This document shows, one piece after another, positions 12,595-24,924 of a DNA stretch of 64,000 nucleotides. The stretch spans positions 33,612,937 through 33,676,936 of the forward strand of contig NC_083443.1 of NCBI RefSeq assembly GCF_020745735.1, read 5' to 3'. Each line of letters starts with the position of its first letter. Within the stretch, counting starts at the first letter, position 1. This stretch comes from Hemiscyllium ocellatum (taxonomy: Eukaryota). Both the position numbers and the translations under genes were made by a program. A model generated the notes under the pieces. That model searched no databases, was not told the origin of the DNA, and saw only the letters and a list, made by a program, of their open reading frames with translations.

Positions 12595-13015
12595 CCTTCA
12601 ACATAGTCCCATTGACCAGCACTTGGTCCATAGCCTGGAATGTGCCAAGTGCTCATCCAGGTACTTTTTCAAGGATGTGAAGCAACTCATCTCTACCATC
12701 TTCCCATGCAACACATTCCAGACCATCACCACCCTCTGGATAAAAAGGCATTTCCTCACATTCACCCCCTAAACCTTACTTTGAACTCACATCTTCTTGT
12801 AACTGACCTTTCAACTAAGGGGAGGAGCTGCTCCTTATCCATTCTGTCCAAGCCTCTCAATAACCTGTACACCTCAATCAGATTGCCCCGCAGCAGTCTC
12901 TGCCCCAATGAAAAATCACCTGAGCCCCTGTCCAATCTTTCCTCATAACTTGTATATTCCATCCCAGGTAGTATCCTGGTGAATCTCCTCCGATCCCCTC
13001 CAGTACAATCACATC
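12595..13015 (-). mobile_element. CR1 LINE 3' fragment, decayed
   Basis: ORF ...FSLGQRLLRGNLIEVYRLLRGLDRMD. Confidence 0.8.
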
Positions 13016-13471
13016 CCTGCCTCCTCAGGTCAGGATGTAAGTCTTACATCACATAGGCATGTGACTACTTAAAAAGAATAAACTAATGACAAACCACCTG
13101 GAGTCTGAAAGGACACTGGCAAATGAACAGCTGAGAAATAATACCACTGCTCATTACCCTTCATATCACAGCACCATCACCGAGACTGGCTTCTTCTGTT
13201 TGTATTGTCCAATTATCTCACCATTAATCGAATCAAATTCATGTCTCGAGGATTGAGTTAAAATTGCTCACAATGTTAGGTATATAGAGGAAAGCGGTGA
13301 AATCACTACACATCAAGGCAGAATGTCACAGGGCACAAGGGAGACAACTCTGTGAACCCCACTTATGAAAATCCTTCTCTTAATTATTTTAGCATTCAAT
13401 TTCAACCACGTCTTTCTCATAACCTGAGATATCAGTAATGTAGACGTTTTTCATTCTAATTCTTTCACCAG

Positions 13472-13596
13472 ACATGAAAAGGCAAGTGGCTATTATCGCA
13501 CCTCAGTTTACTTCCTGTCCAAGATTCTGGCCGATGTGATTCCCAATCGCATTGTGCCTGTTCTCGCCTTTGCAGCTGTCGCCTATTTTATGATGG
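13472..13596 (+). CDS. ABCG2: ABCG2-like exon (TM3, R482-equivalent kept)
   Basis: ccag|A...G|gtaagt; HEKASGYYRTSVYFLSKILADVIPNRIVPVLAFAAVAYFMMG; 125 bp. Confidence 0.94.
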
Positions 13597-13636
13597 GTAA
13601 GTGCTTTAGTAACTTCTGCATGTCATCAAAATAAGT

Positions 13637-13836
13637 AGTAGCCATGATGTGGAGGTGCTGGTGTTGGACTGGGGTGGACAAAGTCAGAAATCATACGACA
13701 TCAGGTTATAGTCTAACAGGTTTATCTGAAATCACAAGCTTTTGGAGTGCTGCTCCTTTACCAGGTAATGTCACCAGGTAATGTGATTTCAAATAAACCT
13801 GTTGGACTATGACCTCATGTCGTATGATTTCTGACT
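13637..13836. mobile_element. Penelope-like family B fold-back element
   Basis: inverted arms (aagtcagaaatcatacgaca / tgtcgtatgatttctgactt); TSD TCAT(C/G)AAAATAAGT at 13623-13636 and 13837-13850. Confidence 0.78.
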
Positions 13837-14187
13837 TCATGAAAATAAGTTATAATGAATAAACACATAACTGTGCCTCAACATAACCATTAGACAGACA
13901 AACTTTATCACGGAGTGAAAAAGCACAAAAACAATTAGATTGTATCCTCACTTTTTAAAATATGGAATCAATATTTGAGTGGATTACAGGAAGAATGTTA
14001 TAACATACCAAAACACTTTACAAATAATTGAATCATTCTGAAGTGGAGTCACTGTTATATAGATACATAGAGTGTCCATTTTACACACAAGGCAACAAAG
14101 ACAGCAAATGAATGAATGACTAGACAATAGTTTGCCATTAATATTGTCCCATGTATTTTCAACCTGAGTGCAATGTCTCCAATACAG

Positions 14188-14342
14188 GACTGAAACAAGA
14201 AGCTGCATCTTTTTTCTTGTTCTGCTTGACTCTCAGCCTCACCAGTTTGTCAGCGGTGAGTTTGGCCTTCTTTGTGAGTGCAAGTGTCAAGACCTTTGCA
14301 CTCGCCAACGCCCTGATCGCCATCCCATACGTCTTCATGATG
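14188..14342 (+). CDS. ABCG2: ABCG2-like exon (TM4-TM5)
   Basis: tacag|GA...ATG|gtagga; LKQEAASFFLFCLTLSLTSLSAVSLAFFVSASVKTFALANALIAIPYVFMM; 155 bp. Confidence 0.94.
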
Positions 14343-14436
14343 GTAGGAGACTGCGATTGCTCTATTTTATTCTACCTTACAATGGTTCCTGGTGCCCATT
14401 GCAAAGCTCTGAAGAATGCTTCATTTGCGTTTGTAG

Positions 14437-14526
14437 GTTTTTGGTGGATTTCTGGTGAACTTAAACAGAATGTTGCAGTGGCTTTCATGGTTGAAGTGGA
14501 TCAGTATATTCCGTTATGGACTGAAC
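14437..14526 (+). CDS. ABCG2: ABCG2-like exon (end of TM5, start of ECL3)
   Basis: ttgtag|GTT...AAC|gtaaga; VFGGFLVNLNRMLQWLSWLKWISIFRYGLN; 90 bp after a 94-bp intron. Confidence 0.94.
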
Positions 14527-15047
14527 GTAAGATAAGCTTCTTCTAAAAACAACTTTAGAATGGGTACAATCTAGATCTAGATACTATAAAGACATTACGT
14601 TGGGTAATAGTGTTGTTTGTGGGAACAGTAATGTACGGAACTGTCACGTGGTAAAATGGGGTGTTTTTCCCTTGATTCTGCAAAGCAAGTTACAAATCCC
14701 AGTTCCAAATGGAGGATAAATATTTTTTCAGAGGCATTCTGAGGTAGCCTGAGTGATTTATCATTAGCTCTGTGCACAAATCACCTTTGAAATCAATATC
14801 AAAACAAGGGTTAATTAAAGACTGAAAACATTGAGGCCTGTTGGGATTGACTTACCAAACAAACAACACCCTTCCTCATGCAATTTAATTGTTGCTCCTT
14901 TTTGAAGTTTGGCATTTTTGTATCTGTTTGGGTAAGTTAAAAATAAAAAGCTTTGGTAATACTTCTATTTTTCTTCAGCAATAATCAAAATATCAACACC
15001 CATCACGTTTGGTTTGGATGAACAGTAAAATTTAATTCTTTCCACAG

Positions 15048-15100
15048 GCACTCATGATCAATGAACTAAAGGGACAGATATTTTATAATAACACAACAAA
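15048..15100 (+). CDS. ABCG2: ABCG2-like exon (short ECL3)
   Basis: tccacag|GCA...AA|gtaagt; ALMINELKGQIFYNNTT; 53 bp. Confidence 0.9.
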
Positions 15101-15956
15101 GTAAGTGCATTTATTTTTTTTATCAGAAGTAATGTTTCTTTACTATTCAAACAATCAATCACTGTGTTACCCAATATGCTAGCCAATTGAGAACACCGTT
15201 GTGGCAAATGCATTTCTGATGAGAATAGAAAATGAACAATACATGCTATTGTTTGGAACATTAACATGAATCTTAATAATCATATTCACTTGGCATGATG
15301 TGCGAATATTTGGATTCTGAATGAAGGTAGATCCTTAAGAAAATGATGATGTTTACATATTGGTTTTATTACACATGTCCATAAAGGATTTTTCCTCTCA
15401 AATACTACAAGCCTGGACTGAATGGTCTACTCCTGTTCCTAAATCCTTATGGGAGTCAAAATGGAATTGAGAGCACAACAATGTTCTTAATGAATGATGG
15501 AGCAGGCTCAAAGGACCAAATAGCATACTCCTGCTCCTAAGTCCTATGCTCCTATTTGGCCAAGATTATACTGCCATGAGGTTAACCTGACATTAATTTC
15601 TATTAGATACCACTGTTCAATCAAATGGTTTCAAATTCGCTTCAGTTACAAATATGGCACAGCTTACCAAGACTTGTTCCATTAGAAAATGTGAACAGCA
15701 CATTTACAGGAGACTTGACAATTTCTCCCATTGTAACATCTTCAAGGCTTTGCATTCACCCCAACATCATTACCATGAGCCATCTGTACTTGTTGTTATC
15801 CTTTTGAGCTACACATCTTTAGCATAATATGGGTTGACATTGGAGTATTATGCTATGCTAACCATAGAATGAGATAAATGAAAGGCACTCTGGTTGAAAG
15901 GAAACTTGGTTACATTCATTAGAGATGATACCCAAGGGAGTGATTGCAGTTGGTTT

Positions 15957-16281
15957 TAGATTAGATTCCCTACACTATGGAAACAGGCCCTTTGGCCCAA
16001 CAAGTCCACACTGACCCCCAAAGAGTAACCCACTCAGACCCATTTCTCCACTTTCTATCTACCCCTAACTAATGCACTTGACACTATGGGCAATTTTGCA
16101 TGGCCATTTCACCTGACCTGCACATCTTTGGATTGTTGGAGGAAATCGGAGCACCTGGAGGAAACCCATGCACACACAGGGAGAATGTGCAGACTACACA
16201 CAGACAGTCGCCCAAGATGGAAATTGAACCTGAGTCCCTGGTGCTGTGAGGCAACAGTGCTAACCACTGAGCCACCATGCC
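15957..16281 (-). mobile_element. HE1-type V-SINE
   Basis: (TTAGA)n tail, V-domain and tRNA head, in reverse complement. Confidence 0.9.
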
Positions 16282-16480
16282 AACAATATAGGAAATTAAT
16301 CCAATATAATAGATCATCCTAAAATTCAAAAAAAATTTTCAGTGAGGATACCAATTTCATCTCAGATATGTATGTTATTGGGATATTGTCATTAGGAACA
16401 CATACTGATTTGGTCAATTTCTTGCAAGGAACAACAATGTTTGACTGATGAGCCCCTTTCCCTCTACTATTTATTTTTAG

Positions 16481-16622
16481 AGTTCCTGGAGAAATGTACA
16501 TGATTGAACAAGGTATTGACTTCAGCACCTGGGGCTTCTGGCAAAATGAAGTTGCACTTCTGTGTATAATGGCAATATTCTTGTTTCTAGCTTTAATCCA
16601 ACTTATAAGAGTTAACAAGTAG
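16481..16622 (+). CDS. ABCG2: ABCG2-like last coding exon (TM6, stop TAG)
   Basis: tttttag|A GTT; VPGEMYMIEQGIDFSTWGFWQNEVALLCIMAIFLFLALIQLIRVNK*. Confidence 0.93.
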
Positions 16623-17523
16623 AAGATTGTTAAGTTCTTGAAGAATATTTGGCTGTCTGTCGGTTTTACTTCATATTCTCACTACTCTGAGAATACACAT
16701 CATCAGCCAGTCATCATACCATTTGAGAAATAACTTCACTCCAAACTTACTTTAATGCAAATGCTAACCGCTACTTAATTTTTCCCAATGCAAATGGTTA
16801 CCCATGATAGGCGATCATGTTTTCAGGGGATGGCAACAATTGCATGTATTTTGCAGCATTTTGATTGATTTGTTACATTGACTCAATTTAAATTTGACAG
16901 TATAGCCACAACAGATTTAAGCCAATTCTATGTTGGAGCAATGTGCACAGTCTCAAACTACCTTGGTTGCCCACTCTGTTAGATCTAACTCAAAGCAGTG
17001 CAATGCAAGTAACTTACAATCATAAAGAGCAAACTTGTCTCATTAACCCTTTTCTGAATATCAACAATTTAACCAGTGGTTGGGTAGCCTTCCAAATGTC
17101 AACATGTGGAGCTGCTGCTTTCACTGAGAACTATCATCTAACCCTATACAATCAGCTTGACCTGCCCCGAAGTAGGCAATCACACTTGCTCTATCACACA
17201 GACATTATAGACAAAAATGTTTTGGAATACCATAGGCATTAACTTCATAAACAATACACTTTCTTCTTTGAAAACAAAACATCCTTGGACATTGACAAAA
17301 GTGAAGGCCCCCACCCCCCGCCCAGTGACGATGGTGAACTTTGTTTTCAGAGATTGCTTTTAATCAAAAGGCAGTAGATCACTGGGTCACTTTGGAGAAG
17401 ACCAAGAGTCAATTGGGGACATTCATTAAACTTTATAATTTGTCATGGTGAGATCAATTTCCACAAATCCTAGGTTGTTCAACCATTCATTTTTATATTT
17501 TTAATTGGCATGACTTACTACTT

Positions 17524-17529
17524 AATAAA
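17524..17529 (+). terminator. candidate polyadenylation signal of the ABCG2-like gene
   Basis: AATAAA about 900 nt after the stop, at the end of a unique AT-rich stretch. Confidence 0.4.
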
Positions 17530-18831
17530 CATCAGGTGAGTGGGAGGATTAATCAATGCCAAATGCAGGAATTCAGTTTCATGACACTGGAACTGAAGGC
17601 AGTGTGTATTAAATATTTGACAATATTTCACAAAAACAAAACCCTTTACAGGTATCAGAACATAAAGCTGACATTTATTGTGCAGTGTAAAACCACAGGA
17701 ACAAGAATTCGCGCTGCATTCTGTTTAGCTAATGTTTCATTTGACACAATGAAAGTTGCCTCCTCCTGATCCAAAAGCAAATTGGTTGATGTTGAAAATC
17801 AGCAATGAGGCCAGAAAATGGTGGAAATACTCAGCAAGTTAGGCAGCATCTGAGGAGGGTGTAACAGTGGAAAGTTTCAGGTTTGTGAGTGGCTCTGTTG
17901 ATTTTAATTTCAATCTCACAGATGTTTCATGATTTAAAATATTTGGCCGAAGGCAAACCAGATGTTCTGCTGAAACAGAAACCTGTAACATTAACTATGC
18001 TTCCCTCTACAGAGATCATTTTGATTTTTATTTCATCTATCGCAATTTTAAACTGGAAAACATGGGCAAAAACAGTCCACAATAAATGTCAACAAGGCTG
18101 GAGACTGGCAGTCATTACAAAACAAATTAATAAGGGTCAATGACAGTAGCCTCAGGTTTTAAAAATGTGTGGGTTGAGAGAGAAAGGGAACAGAAGGAAG
18201 TGCGAGATTCCAGTCTTGAGGTTCCTAGAAGAAATGAGGGAAGTAGATTCAGAGTCATGGGTCAGTCAAGCTGAGAAAAAAAATTGTGACCATGACCGAA
18301 CTTGTAAATGGGTGAGAGTCTCCAGCACTAAGCACACAAAACTATGCCTGCCTTTAAACATAAGGTCCTCTTGTTTTAGTCGATGTGTATCGGATGTAAA
18401 TATTTGCATTTATACAGCACCTTTCACAACCCCAGGGCTTCTATTATAATGCTCACTTTGAGCAAAATACTTTTGAATATGGATATGATTATAAGTTAGG
18501 AAGCATAGGAACCAATTGTGCATTACAAACTCCCACAAGCAGCAATGTGAAAATAACCAGTTCATATGACTTTACTGATGCTGTTTGGTGGCTAAATATT
18601 TGCTTGGACAGGGAAAAAATCCAAAATATTATCGCTCATTGATAGCATGGAAACTGAAAACATTGGCAACTATTATAGATAATATTACACAACAAACCAT
18701 TGACTCAAAAAACAGGACCAACAACTACTTGGTTTAGCATAGGTAAGGCAAGCAATTTAATTTCACTTAATTCAGATAAAAATCACAAAACGCAAATTCT
18801 TCAAACACCAGTCATTGGTTTGCATAGTAAG

Positions 18832-18984
18832 GCAAAAGTGAGGACTGTAGTTGCTAGAGATTAAAGTCAAGATTAGTGTGGTGCTGAAAATGAAATCCCT
18901 GATGAAGGTTTCCTGCCCAAATCGTTGATTTTCCTGCTCCTCGGATGCTGCCTGACCTGCTGTGCTTTTCCAGCACCATTCTAA
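18832..18984. mobile_element. Penelope-like family A fold-back element
   Basis: CTGATGA near 18899 with a decayed stem II; TSD GTTTGCATAG(T/G)AAG at 18818-18831 and 18985-18998. Confidence 0.75.
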
Positions 18985-19278
18985 GTTTGCATAGGAAGTC
19001 TGACTGATTCAGTCACCTTCATCAATGATGCAGGCACTGATATTTCCATCTGTGACTGCTTGTAACTTATTACAAGAGACATGCTCAACGTATTTGCCCT
19101 TACTGTTTGGTTATGTGAGAAATCCTGATCAGAAGCAATCCATGTATGTTCTTTTCCCTAAAAGGTTAATCCTTTTGCAGGTGAAAAATTGGGATAAATG
19201 TTCATTAAGAAGTCTACTTCAGCCTGTAGGATCTATTTCAATGGGCAGCTGAGTAATTGAGTGCTGTTACAAGAACCA

Positions 19279-19324
19279 TATGTAAAATTAGAAAATTTTG
19301 GTATGTAAAATTAGAAAATTTTGG
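19279..19324. repeat. perfect 23-bp tandem duplication
   Basis: TATGTAAAATTAGAAAATTTTGG x2. Confidence 0.9.
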
Positions 19325-19639
19325 ATTTGACTTCTAAATGAAGTCTTTTCATATAATTATGAGCATGTTTCAATCCAAGAGCATCTTTTCTCTATGGTTG
19401 CATTATTGTTCTGAATTAGTATGGTATTCCTGTGATGGAGAGGATGATGTTCCTACAGTAAGCTGATTAATGTTTTTCACAAGGTTAGTGAACAAAAATT
19501 AACTTTTGCCATGTCACTTTTTACAATGGTATAAAAAGATATTTTTCAAAAATAGTACACCCTGTTTTCATCTCATTTTCTGGGTGGAGTTCCATTTGAC
19601 TTATGTGGTCTAAAGGCCAGAATAGGCCCAAGGATGTAG

Positions 19640-20162
19640 TAAAATTAGGCCATTCAGCCCATCGAGTCGGCTCCACCATTCAGTCATGGCTGACATGCTT
19701 CTGAAGCCCATTCTCCTGCCTTCTCCCAGTGTCCCTTGATCCCCTTACCAATCAAGAACCTGCTTGTCTCTGTCTTAAATACATTCAATGACTTGGCCTG
19801 CACAATCTTCTGCTGAAATGAATTCCACAGATTCCCCACCTTCTGGTTGAAGAAATTCCTCCTCACCTCAGTTTTAAAGGGTCATCCCTTCATTCTGAGG
19901 GCGTGCTTTCAGGTCCTTGTCTCTCCTACTCAGAGATACATCTTCTCCACGTTCACCCTATCCAGGCCTGTCAGTATTCTGTGCGTTTCAATCAGATTTT
20001 CCCCTCATCCTTCTAAATGCAGTCGAATAGACCCAAAATCCTTAACCGCTCCTCATATGACAAGCCCTTCATCCTCGATCATTCTTATAAACTTCCTCTG
20101 GACCTTCACCAACACCAGCCCGTTCTTTCTTAGATACCGGGCACAAAACTGCTCACAATACA
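19640..20162 (-). mobile_element. CR1 LINE 3' fragment
   Basis: ORF MRRNFFNQKVGNLWNSFQQK...FKTE (CR1 C-terminus). Confidence 0.82.
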
Positions 20163-20497
20163 CAGTGGCTTTTCAACGAGTCTTAGGAAGGGGAATTAGG
20201 GAGATATCCTTTCACGAAAGCTCAATGACTGAAGTTTACTTCCATATTGTGAAATTTAAATAATTCCACTGATTAAGAAGTTGCCAAAACCCAAAGTCCA
20301 CAAAAGTCATCGGGAGGGCATTTCTTAGATTCAATTGCCTGTTGACAGATTAGCCTCAGATATCTAGGCCAAATGTAATGCTTGACTTGGCTGTGCTGTA
20401 CGATGATATGGAGCTGAAGGTCAGAGTCATGTTAAATATTATTTAAATAAAAAAAATTATCAAGCAGCTGGCAGTGGGGAAACTTGATGAAAGAAAC

Positions 20498-20778
20498 TAG
20501 AGGGGCATAGGTTGAGGGTAAGATATAAAAGAGACCTAAGGGGCAACTTTTTTACACAGAGGGTTGTACGTGTATGGAATGACCTGCAGAGGATGTGGTG
20601 GAGGCTGGTACAATTGCCTCATTTAAAAGGCATCTGGATGGGTATACGAATAGGAAGAGTTTGGAGGGATATGGGCCGGGTGCTGGCAGGTGGGACTAGA
20701 TTGGGTTGGGATATCTGGTCGGCGTGGACAGGTTGGACCGAAGGGTCTGTTTCCATGCTGTACATCTCTGACTCTATA
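20498..20778 (+). mobile_element. CR1/HER1 LINE 3' fragment
   Basis: RYKRDLRGNFFTQRVVRVWNDL; same family as 3361-3808. Confidence 0.9.
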
Positions 20779-20785
20779 AATGTCC

Positions 20786-21727
20786 CAAGTGACCGGTAGC
20801 TCTCTAAAGAAAGGCGGAGACTAAGGCATCAAACAGTCTGCTCAAAGCCAATAAAACAGCTTGTGAGGCCTTGTTTTTTTTAAAAGGTTCTAACAATAGA
20901 AGCAGCCTGAGTGGGTGGGGTCAAGCTCCCACAGAACCAGGACTTCTAGTTTTAGCTTTTAGCAGTTGCTGGAGTCTTGAAGCTGGATGTGGAAGCTCTT
21001 ATTCCTCTCTCTGTGATAGCTAAAAGCTGCTGCTAGAATTGCATGTGAGACAATCTATTTTACTGAATGTGCCTTTTTGCCGATAGTGTATTTATGGGAT
21101 ATTACTATATTATATTAATATATATTAACTATTACTAATTATTTTGTTAAGCATTCCAAAAGAGTCATAGAGATGTACAGCACAGAAACAGACCCTTCAG
21201 TCCAACTCGTTCATACCAACCAGATATCCCATTTGCCAGCACCCGGCCCACATCCCTCTAAACCCTTCCTATTCATATACTCATCCAGATGCCTTTTAAA
21301 TTTGCAATTGCACCACCCTCCACCACTTCCTCTGGTAGCTCATTCCATACACACACCACTCTCTACATGAAATCATTGCCCTTTAGGTCTCTTTTATATC
21401 TTTCTCCTCCCACCTAAACCTGTGCCCTCTAGTTCTGGACTCCCTGACCCCAGGGAAAAGACTGTCTATTTACCTTATCCATGCCCCTCATGTTTTTATA
21501 AACCTTTATAAGGTCACCCCTCAGGCTTCGACACAGTTAAGCCAGTTCATTTATTTTATTCTGTATTTTAACTATAGTGTAAATAAAAGGTGTTCCACTC
21601 AAACCTGAGTAGTTTGATTACTCAAATTGCAACTGGAACACAACGCCTCACATTTACCTTCAAAATAAGAAAAGGTTAGGGCTGAGGCTATCTTCTTAAC
21701 ATATTTTGAAGAGATCTAAAATAACAC
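20786..21727 (+). mobile_element. solo LTR-like element interrupted by a CR1 fragment (21161-21530, -)
   Basis: inverted similarity to 2980-4023 (ctcccacagaacca, ttttagcttt, AATAAA at about 21582, ends AATAACA). Confidence 0.6.
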
Positions 21728-22996
21728 CGACTGCTCACTTCACCTATGGCCTTACTTCCTCTCTGTTTTATTTCTACACAGATATGAAGTGCAGTTTATG
21801 AGGTCAAAGCTGTGGAAACTTTTCCATTGGCATTTATGATATTGATAGCCCAATAAACATAGATTGTAAAGGGAGAAAGGAAGCATTAAACACCGTCACC
21901 CTATCACCCTATTTTCATTGTCCTGTTAGTTCCTGCAATGTGAAAGTGGGGGGCACAAAGCAATGGCAGCAGCATGGAGGAGAGTAAATATCAGTACAAC
22001 TGTGGGTTCCTCCTCAGGCGCATTTTGGAAATGTTTTACACACATCTTCCCAAACACCTCGATCCACTGCTGTGCACAGTTCAACGACCAGCTTTGGCAG
22101 AACGTCTTGATTTGCAATTAGGTGATACATTTACGTGTCAAATCACCCCACCCTGCACTCCACAGTATTCTGATTATTACCATAATGAGCAGTCTGGAAC
22201 TCTAATCTGTGGTCCAAGCATTGCAATAACAGAGGAGCACTGCACTATGTTCCTCACATTTATGCCTTTATTTAAAATAATAGATTATTTCAAATAATAA
22301 AAAGAAAAGTAAATTTCTCTCATCTAGCTGTGCAAATGATTCAAAATGCATAAAACTGACCCTTGCTGTTGATTTCTATTAAAATTTGCTTTGCTTATCA
22401 GAATATGCTACTTTTCTTTCTTCCTGTCATCAATTATAAACTGTTTACCATTAAGGACCAATCTTCTGACTTTTTGAATACTCCAAGCTGACATCTCAAT
22501 ACAATGGAGAGGGAGTGTTGTGTTGAGAGAGGTGCTGGATGTAAAGTCGAAGACCCGTCAATTGCTCAGACACTCAGAAAACATCCTACCACGCCACAGA
22601 AAGAACAAGGGTATTCTCTCAATATTCTGGCTGACAATAAGAACTCAACAAGAACAAATTAACCTGGCACTTAGTTTGTACTGTTCTTGGAACCTCCAAA
22701 ATTCGTTGTCATGTTGCCCTCCAAAACAGTGATGACTATACTTCATAAGTAATAAGTAGCCATGAAGATTTGAAGAGTGTTTTAAAAATGTAAGACCTGG
22801 TTTTATTTTATCATCTGTGCAGCTCAGTTCCTCAGGGAAAATATGCCAGTCAGAGTATGAAGGAACAAATTACCGGCTGAATTTCCAATTCTCTCAATTT
22901 CCCAAGCAGAAGAGATCTATCAATTTTTGTCTTAAATGTTTTGCTCCTCATCACAGTCAGATCAACAACAGCCCAGTTATTAGCACATTTGGATAC

Positions 22997-23002
22997 TTTA
23001 TT
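22997..23002 (-). terminator. candidate polyadenylation signal of USP54 (3' UTR about 1.9 kb)
   Basis: TTTATT on + (AATAAA on -) at the end of an apparently repeat-free, AU-rich region downstream of the stop. Confidence 0.5.
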
Positions 23003-24924
23003 GCAAAAATATGAGTTGCATTTTCTAGCACTGCAATAGATACAGAAATTTTCCAATTCACATTTCATTTGCTGTAAAAGCTGTACACATTTTAACAGAA
23101 ATACATTAGCAAGAATATCAAGCTTTTACTAAGCAGACAAGTATGAAATTACAGTACAAATCTGTAAACAGTTTTCTACAATAAAATCTCAACCTACATT
23201 TGTACACCTATAATTTATCATCAAGAAATCTTATAGGATATACACAATGGTGTGAAAAGCCTGGTGCTCAATGCAGAACCTCTCAATCCTCATTCACCAG
23301 CTGCATAATCAACATAATGAAGCTGCAGATATTACAACAGCATTTACTGGTGACATTTCCCGTGGATCTTTAGCAGTCTGGCAAGTCAAGATGAATTTTA
23401 GACTACCACAAACAGAAATCAGAATCATAGACATTATAAAAATAACAGATCAGAAGAAGGAAATTAAAGGCAAAGTTCAGAACTTGTATGCCCACAGCTG
23501 AAGCTTTCCTCTGGACCAACTCCTCAAAATGTCACTGTCTGCTTGCCCTGTAACATCCTTCTAACTATTCAATGTTTAGACATCAAAAATAATTTTTCTC
23601 CATTTGTCACACTATCACACTTATACCCAGTGACCAGGTACATGCTTACTTCTTCAACTATTATATTTTAACCTGCATCCTTCATTTATTTTTTTACAGC
23701 AGCTTTTCATCTCCCTTGGCCCTCAGTGAAACAGTACATTTACACTGCCTCTCACATCAGACCTACAATCAAAAGATAGTTTTAATTACGTATACACATA
23801 TGGGACGGTCAGTAAAGTGTCAAGGTGTCTTCCACTTGGACAGTCATAATAGACATGTTTTAGCTCAATTATGTGCACTATAGAAAATCTAATTACTCAC
23901 AGGTGGTAAGTACAAGCACTACCTCAAACTGCAACCAAGTTAGACAATCATATCAATCTTACATTGTAAGCTAAATCATTGTGTAACGTTGGTTTTTAAC
24001 CTCTTCCCAGATCAAAAATGGACAAAGGAAAGTCTCTGCATGTGAAGCTGGCGATAATTTCCCATGCAGTTACTCCACTTCATTAAAGTTATTAATGGGG
24101 TCCAGAGGCAGATCAGCCAAGACACTAGTTACAGAAGCTCCACGGACCTATGCAATTCCTCTCCCCACTCTTTTAGTGGAAGCACTAACCTTCTTGAATT
24201 AAATGGCTGAACACCTCAGCTAAAATAGAAAAGAGAGCAATTACAGCAGAACATGTTAAATATCCATCAGCTAGGATCCTACTACATATATTTAAAGTCA
24301 CTTTAGTAACTTTTGACATGCTGCAATCATCAAATCTCAAAAAGAATTTGTATTATTGGTTAAAACGCAATATTATAGTGACCCCAGTTCTTCTTTTCAT
24401 AGATAGCAATTCAACTTGATTTGGAATGAATTCAATGGGTTATTAAATTGTCTTTTTATGACAATGACCTCAGAACATGTCCATTGCAAATTGACATGTA
24501 AACCACAATGTCATTTAGATCATTATACTGTAGTACAAAGCATTGCATATTTTCAGTGAAAAGATCCAATACAGTGGCTAGGACTGTGATACAGCAAAAA
24601 TCAATTCTGTATACCCAAAGGACAGCAGCGTGGTTTTTAGATCCAGCATCAAAACTCTCAACACAATTTCTAACTGGTAACAGAAACAAAGTCAGGTTTT
24701 CTAATTTAATGACATTCAACCTTTAGCCTTCATCAATTTTCACTTATACTAATCATTTAAATGCACACTATAGATTTTCAACATTACAGTTGATAAGCGA
24801 TCAGTTTTACAGTGTTAACCTACTCAGTTAGTGGCTGTACCAGTGTTTAGCGTAAGATTCAGCTACTTTAAGATAAATTGCTTCTGAGATGGCCACTGAT
24901 TTTGGCTGACCTTAATCACAAAGG

